Shown: positions 15,821 to 20,000 of the stretch, in pieces
How the letters are laid out: each line of letters starts with the position of its first letter
Numbering within the stretch: position 1 is the stretch's first letter
Origin: an uncultured virus (IMG/VR IMGVR_UViG_3300046009_005595)
Lineage: Duplodnaviria; Heunggongvirae; Uroviricota; Caudoviricetes
Reading direction: 5' to 3' (one strand)
DNA length: 20,000 nucleotides
IMG/VR virus record: IMGVR_UViG_3300046009_005595
Coordinates: 115,689-135,688 of that record
Position numbers and translations under genes: made by a program
Notes under the pieces: model-generated
Database searches by the model: none
The model's input: only the letters and a program-made list of their open reading frames with translations
Told to the model about the DNA's origin: nothing

Positions 15821-16405
15821 ATGATTAATACTAGAAATGACGTTAGAGATTTTATGGTGGCTGGTGATCAAGTAGAATATGGATTTAGTTTTCAATCAAA
15901 TCTTTATATGAGATTGATTACCGAAGAAGTTATTCATGAAACCATTAAAGAATATGATCTAAATAATATTGTTGGTATTGCTGATGGTATTGCTGATTCA
16001 ATCTGGGTTATTGAAGGCTTTTGTATCAGTCTAGAATTAGATTTGATAAAAATTTGGCAAAATGTTAAAGAGTGGATAGATTTTGCAGAATCTGAACCAA
16101 ATGATGTAGGATTAACAGTATGCTATATTATTGAAGAATATGTAAAAGTTAGATTAGAGTATAACTTACAAAATAAGGATTACATAGAATATTCTGTAAT
16201 TACACTATTGAAAGAATTAGTCATTCTAGCAAAAACACTAAATATACCATTACAAGAAGTTTGGGATGAAGTATCTCGTAGTAATATGAGTAAGATTTCA
16301 GAAAATGGAAAGGTTATTAAAAATGAATTTGGAAAGATTCAAAAACCTAGTACATTTTCTCCAGCGGATATAAAGTCAATTTTACAAAAACACAATTTAG
16401 CTTAA
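15821..16405 (+). CDS. MazG-like all-alpha NTP pyrophosphohydrolase (PRA-PH/DR2231-like, possible dUTPase)
   Basis: LITEEV..E, IADGIADSIWV and WDEV..SNMSK...GKVIK...GKIQKP motifs. Start is either ATG 15821 or GTG 15809. Confidence 0.8.
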   Translation: MINTRNDVRDFMVAGDQVEYGFSFQSNLYMRLITEEVIHETIKEYDLNNIVGIADGIADSIWVIEGFCISLELDLIKIWQNVKEWIDFAESEPNDVGLTVCYIIEEYVKVRLEYNLQNKDYIEYSVITLLKELVILAKTLNIPLQEVWDEVSRSNMSKISENGKVIKNEFGKIQKPSTFSPADIKSILQKHNLA

Positions 16406-16422
16406 ATAATAAAGGATAAAAT

Positions 16423-18228
16423 ATGGAATATCTAGGAATTAACATAGAACCAGAGAGAGATAATTTATTTGATTCACTTGGAATTAAAAGATTAAAAGAA
16501 TCTTATATGAAAGAAGAAGAGCAATCTCCACAACAAAGATTTGCTTTTGTTGCTAATTCTTTTGCTACTAATAAAGAACATGCACAACGATTATATGACT
16601 ATTCTTCTAAACATTGGTTATCTTTTGCTACTCCTATTTTATCTTATGGTAAATCTAAGAACGGTCTTCCTATTTCATGTTTTCTTTCATATATGCAAGA
16701 TTCTTCTTCCGGTCTTGTAGATACTCTTTCTGAAGTAAATACTCTTTCTATGCTAGGTGGAGGAGTTGGTATTGGTGTCGATATTCGTTCTGCTGATGAT
16801 AAGTCGGTTGGAGTAATGCCTCATCTAAAGATATATGATGCTTCTTGTCTTGCTTATCGTCAAGGAGAAACTCGTAGAGGTTCTTATGCAGCATATTTGA
16901 AAATAGATCATCCTGATGTTCTTATGTTTTTGGAAATGAGGAAACCTACTGGTGATCAAAATGTAAAGTGTTTAAATTTACATCATGGTATTATTCTAAC
17001 TGATAAGTTTATGAGTATTATTGAACAATGTATGATTGATCCTAATTTTGATGATTCTTGGGATTTATTTGATCATCATAATCCTAATAATATTAAACAA
17101 ACAGTATCTGCAAAAGAATTGTGGCAGAAGATTATTGAAATGAGAATGCAAAATGGAGAACCATTTTTGTTGTTCATTGATACTGCTAATGAACAAATGC
17201 CAGAGTTTCAAAAGAATCTAGGATTATCAATTAAACAAAGTAATATCTGTACTGAAATCCTTCTACCTACAGATTCTAAAAGAACTGCTGTTTGTTGTTT
17301 ATCTTCTGTTAATTTAAGATATTATGACGAATATAAAGATAATTATCAATTCTTCAAAGATATTGCAGAAATGCTTGATAATGTTTTAAGTAAATTTATT
17401 TCTAAGGCTCCAGATGCTATTTCAAGAGCTTCTTATTCGGCAGCTATGGAAAGAGCTATTGGTGTTGGTGTATTAGGATTCCATACATACTTACAACAAA
17501 ATAATATTCCTTTTGAATCAGCTTTAGCTAAATCTAGGAATATGCAAATATTCAAGAATATTAGAGATCATTTAGATATTGCTAATAGTGAAATCGGAGA
17601 AGAAAGAGGAAGTTGTATGGATTATATTTCTGGTGGTGGTAAAGGTTATAAGAGATTTAGTCATGTAATGGCTATTGCTCCAACAGCTTCTACTTCTATT
17701 ATTATGGGTAATATTAGTCCTTCCATTGAACCTATTAGAGCCAATGCTTATCGTCAAGATACAATGTCAGGTTCACACCTAAATAAAAATCATGTATTAG
17801 ACGGATTGATTAAAGAAAAGCTTGAAAAAAATGCAAAAATAAGTTATGATGATGTATGGTTGGATATTATTTCTAATGATGGTTCAATCCAACATATGGA
17901 CATCTTTTCAGAAGATGAAAAAGAAGTATTTAAAACTGCTATGGAAATTGATCAAAGATGGGTAGTAGAACTTGCTTCTGATAGACAAAAGTTTATTGAT
18001 CAAACACAATCAGTAAATCTATTCTTTAGACCGGATTCTCATATTAAATATTTACATGCTATTCATTTTATGGCTTGGAAACATAAACTTCCTACATTAT
18101 ATTATTGCAGATCAGATAGTTTAAAGAAGGCAGATAAAGTATCAAGACAGATAGAAAGACAAATAATTGAAGAAATTAACCTTAATGATATTATTAACGG
18201 TGATGATTGCATTGCATGTCATTCGTAA
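16423..18228 (+). CDS. nrdA: Class I ribonucleotide reductase alpha subunit, short form without ATP cone
   Basis: SFATPIL, PISCF, GGGVG, SNICTEI (catalytic N-C-E), VCCLSS, IAPTASTS, QSVNLF, TLYY and C-terminal CIAC; 601 aa. Confidence 0.96.
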   Translation: MEYLGINIEPERDNLFDSLGIKRLKESYMKEEEQSPQQRFAFVANSFATNKEHAQRLYDYSSKHWLSFATPILSYGKSKNGLPISCFLSYMQDSSSGLVDTLSEVNTLSMLGGGVGIGVDIRSADDKSVGVMPHLKIYDASCLAYRQGETRRGSYAAYLKIDHPDVLMFLEMRKPTGDQNVKCLNLHHGIILTDKFMSIIEQCMIDPNFDDSWDLFDHHNPNNIKQTVSAKELWQKIIEMRMQNGEPFLLFIDTANEQMPEFQKNLGLSIKQSNICTEILLPTDSKRTAVCCLSSVNLRYYDEYKDNYQFFKDIAEMLDNVLSKFISKAPDAISRASYSAAMERAIGVGVLGFHTYLQQNNIPFESALAKSRNMQIFKNIRDHLDIANSEIGEERGSCMDYISGGGKGYKRFSHVMAIAPTASTSIIMGNISPSIEPIRANAYRQDTMSGSHLNKNHVLDGLIKEKLEKNAKISYDDVWLDIISNDGSIQHMDIFSEDEKEVFKTAMEIDQRWVVELASDRQKFIDQTQSVNLFFRPDSHIKYLHAIHFMAWKHKLPTLYYCRSDSLKKADKVSRQIERQIIEEINLNDIINGDDCIACHS

Positions 18229-18291
18229 TTGTGGAAATATTCTTTGATGAATATATATTAGAGATTAATATGAAAAATATGGATGTGTGAT

Positions 18292-18450
18292 ATGATAACT
18301 GAAGAACAAAGATTAAAATCTATCTTAAAAAGATGTTTAACTGAATTTGAATTAGAATATGGAAAGACGTATATGTATCTTGGAACAAACATAAGAACTT
18401 TGATTCAAGATCTGAAAGAAGAATTTAAAGATACTAATAATAAGGATTGA
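18292..18450 (+). CDS. Small hypothetical protein (52 aa), not in the ORF track
   Basis: ATG 18292 MITEEQRLKSILKRCLTEFELEYGKTYMYLGTNIRTLIQDLKEEFKDTNNKD, stop TGA 18448-18450, one base before the nrdB ATG. Confidence 0.6.
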   Translation: MITEEQRLKSILKRCLTEFELEYGKTYMYLGTNIRTLIQDLKEEFKDTNNKD

Positions 18451-18451
18451 T

Positions 18452-19429
18452 ATGGCTAAAAATAAATTAAAACTAACAGATTCTAGAACTACATTTAAAC
18501 CTTTTAGTTATCCAGAGTTTTATGATTATTGGTTAATGCATGAAAAGATGCATTGGCTACATACAGAAGTAGAACTCGTTCAAGATATTAAAGATTGGCA
18601 AAATGCACTAACTAAAGAAGAAAAGTATTTTCTCACTAATATCTTCCGTTTCTTTACTCAATCAGATATTGATGTTGCTGGAGGATATGTAAATAATTAT
18701 CTCCCTGTTTTGAAACAACCAGAATTAAGAATGATGCTTCTTGGTTTTGCTGCTAGAGAAGCAGTTCATATTGCTGCATATTCTCATCTAATTGAAACTT
18801 TAGGAATGCCTGAAGCTACATATGCTGAATTCATGGAATATGAGGAAATGAAGAATAAGCATGAGTATATAGAACAGTTTTCAAAACTAGATGAAAATCA
18901 TATCGCTCAACAGATGGCATTATTCTCAGCATTTACAGAAGGAATGCAATTATTCAGTTCTTTTGTAATGCTTCTAAACTTTCCACGCAGAGGAAAGATG
19001 AAAGGTATGGGACAAATTATTTCTTGGTCTATTCTTGATGAACAACTACATTGTGAAGCAATGATTAAAGTATTTAGAAAGTTTATTGAAGAGAATAGAG
19101 ATATTTGGAAAGACGAACTTAAATCTGAATTGTATACTATTGCAGAAAAGATGGTAGAACTTGAAGATTCCTTTATTGAAGTTTGTTATAAAATGGGAGA
19201 GTGTGAAGGATTAGATATTAATGATCTTAAAAACTATATTCGATATATTTGTGATCGTAGATTGATTTCTATGGGATTAAAGGGAATATATAAAGTTAAG
19301 AAGAATCCTTTGACTTGGGTTGATGAAATGGTTTCAGCACCACAGCATACTAATTTTTTTGAAAATAGAGCAACGGCATATGCTAAAGGTGCATTATCTG
19401 GAGGGTGGAAAGACGTATGGGCGAATTAA
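18452..19429 (+). CDS. nrdB: Class I ribonucleotide reductase beta subunit
   Basis: FFTQSD, REAVHIAAY (ExxH plus radical Tyr), EGMQLFSSF, DEQLH, TNFFENRAT.Y. Confidence 0.96.
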   Translation: MAKNKLKLTDSRTTFKPFSYPEFYDYWLMHEKMHWLHTEVELVQDIKDWQNALTKEEKYFLTNIFRFFTQSDIDVAGGYVNNYLPVLKQPELRMMLLGFAAREAVHIAAYSHLIETLGMPEATYAEFMEYEEMKNKHEYIEQFSKLDENHIAQQMALFSAFTEGMQLFSSFVMLLNFPRRGKMKGMGQIISWSILDEQLHCEAMIKVFRKFIEENRDIWKDELKSELYTIAEKMVELEDSFIEVCYKMGECEGLDINDLKNYIRYICDRRLISMGLKGIYKVKKNPLTWVDEMVSAPQHTNFFENRATAYAKGALSGGWKDVWAN

Positions 19430-19917
19430 CACAGAAAATAGTAAGAGAATTGTTTGAATATAGAGAAGATGGAAATCTTATTTGGAAATACCATCCTAAA
19501 AATAAAAATTTAATTGGGAAAGTTGCAGGTTGTGTTGATAATTATTCTGGATATGTTAGGGTTAGTATTTTAGGTAAGAGTTGGCGAGCACATAGGATTA
19601 TATTTTTGTATCATAATGGATATCTTCCTAAATTTCCCCTGACTGTTGATCATATAAAAAATAAGAATGATAATAGAATAGAAAATCTTAGAGAGGCTGA
19701 TCAAAACCAACAACAACGTAATAAAGGAATTACTAAATCTAATACATCAGGGGTTAAGGGAGTTTCTTGGAATAAGGGAAATAAAAAATGGGAAGCACGT
19801 TTAACATTTGAAGGTAAAAAACTTTATTTAGGGTGTTTTATAGATATTAAAGAAGCTGAAATTGCTGTAAAAAAATTAAGAGAACAACTTCATGGAGAAT
19901 TTGCTAATCATGGATAA
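19417..19917 (+). CDS. Free-standing HNH endonuclease with C-terminal AP2-like DNA-binding domain
   Basis: RAHRIIF, VDHIKNKNDNRIENLR (HNH_3-type) and NTSGVKGVSW....KWEARL...GKKLYLG.F (AP2). ATG 19417 overlaps the end of nrdB. Confidence 0.88.
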   Translation: MGELTQKIVRELFEYREDGNLIWKYHPKNKNLIGKVAGCVDNYSGYVRVSILGKSWRAHRIIFLYHNGYLPKFPLTVDHIKNKNDNRIENLREADQNQQQRNKGITKSNTSGVKGVSWNKGNKKWEARLTFEGKKLYLGCFIDIKEAEIAVKKLREQLHGEFANHG

Positions 19918-19924
19918 GGAATTA

Positions 19925-20000
19925 ATGGCTTGTGTAGGGGATCTTATTGACCCCTCATATAAATTAAATCCAGTTACAAATGATGTTACTCCAGAAGTAA
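19925..20000 (+). CDS. Start of a downstream ORF, truncated by the window end
   Basis: AAGGA SD at 19916-19920, ATG 19925, open to the end (MACVGDLIDPSYKLNPVTNDVTPEV...). Confidence 0.5.
   Translation, partial: MACVGDLIDPSYKLNPVTNDVTPEV

Noticed and set aside
554..17757. Ten short minus-strand ORFs in the track (e.g. 554-751, 1871-2140, 12555-12944, 17572-17757)
   Set aside because: All lie antisense to well-supported + strand genes, have no recognisable motifs and show shadow-ORF composition.
18231..18290. 19-aa mini-ORF from GTG 18231
   Set aside because: Too short, no clear SD and no motif support.
16423..19429. Group I intron or intein in nrdA/nrdB
   Set aside because: Both ORFs are uninterrupted, compact and have all catalytic motifs in order; the HNH gene lies outside them apart from a short overlap.
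1..20000. Stop-codon reassignment (no called gene ends in TAG)
   Set aside because: Conserved genes are full length under the standard code and no gene needs TAG or TGA read-through; TAG rarity is normal in AT-rich phages.
1..20000. Bacterial O-antigen locus or prophage interpretation
   Set aside because: No wzx/wzy/ABC exporter, integrase or host housekeeping genes; gp61 primase and repeated TATAAATA promoters indicate a T4-like phage.
1..20000. tRNA, rRNA, CRISPR array or long nucleotide tandem repeats
   Set aside because: Intergenic gaps are nearly all under about 90 nt; no cloverleaf or repeat-spacer pattern was seen by eye.
1..20000. Complete avoidance of common 4-bp restriction sites
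   Set aside because: GATC, CCGG, GGCC and GCGC all occur; partial depletion would need a k-mer computation that was not run.

Overview
AT-rich segment of a large T4-like (myovirus-type) bacteriophage genome with every credible gene on the + strand. It has three modules. (1) 1-5005 is a glycan locus: a partial glycosyltransferase-like gene, a GDPD-like phosphodiesterase, gmd, an fcl/colC-like epimerase-reductase, a His-type ColD-like PLP dehydratase and a glycosyltransferase. Together these suggest GDP-L-colitose rather than fucose or perosamine synthesis. (2) 5026-13463 is a late module with several TATAAATA T4 late promoters. It holds virion-type proteins and a cluster of proteins starting with T4 internal-protein-like capsid-targeting leaders (MKTFKEF.., MKTFKEM.., MKTFSEL.., MSFKDILLE). 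These include a ferritin/Dps-like protein and a putative polyprotein with an embedded HicA-like RNase domain flanked by candidate prohead-protease sites. (3) 13467-20000 starts at a perfect sigma70 promoter and is a replication/nucleotide module: gp61-type primase, ThyX, a MazG-like pyrophosphatase with an internal duplication, class I nrdA/nrdB and a free-standing HNH-AP2 endonuclease. All family assignments come from motif recognition by eye; no database searches were run and the host cannot be determined.
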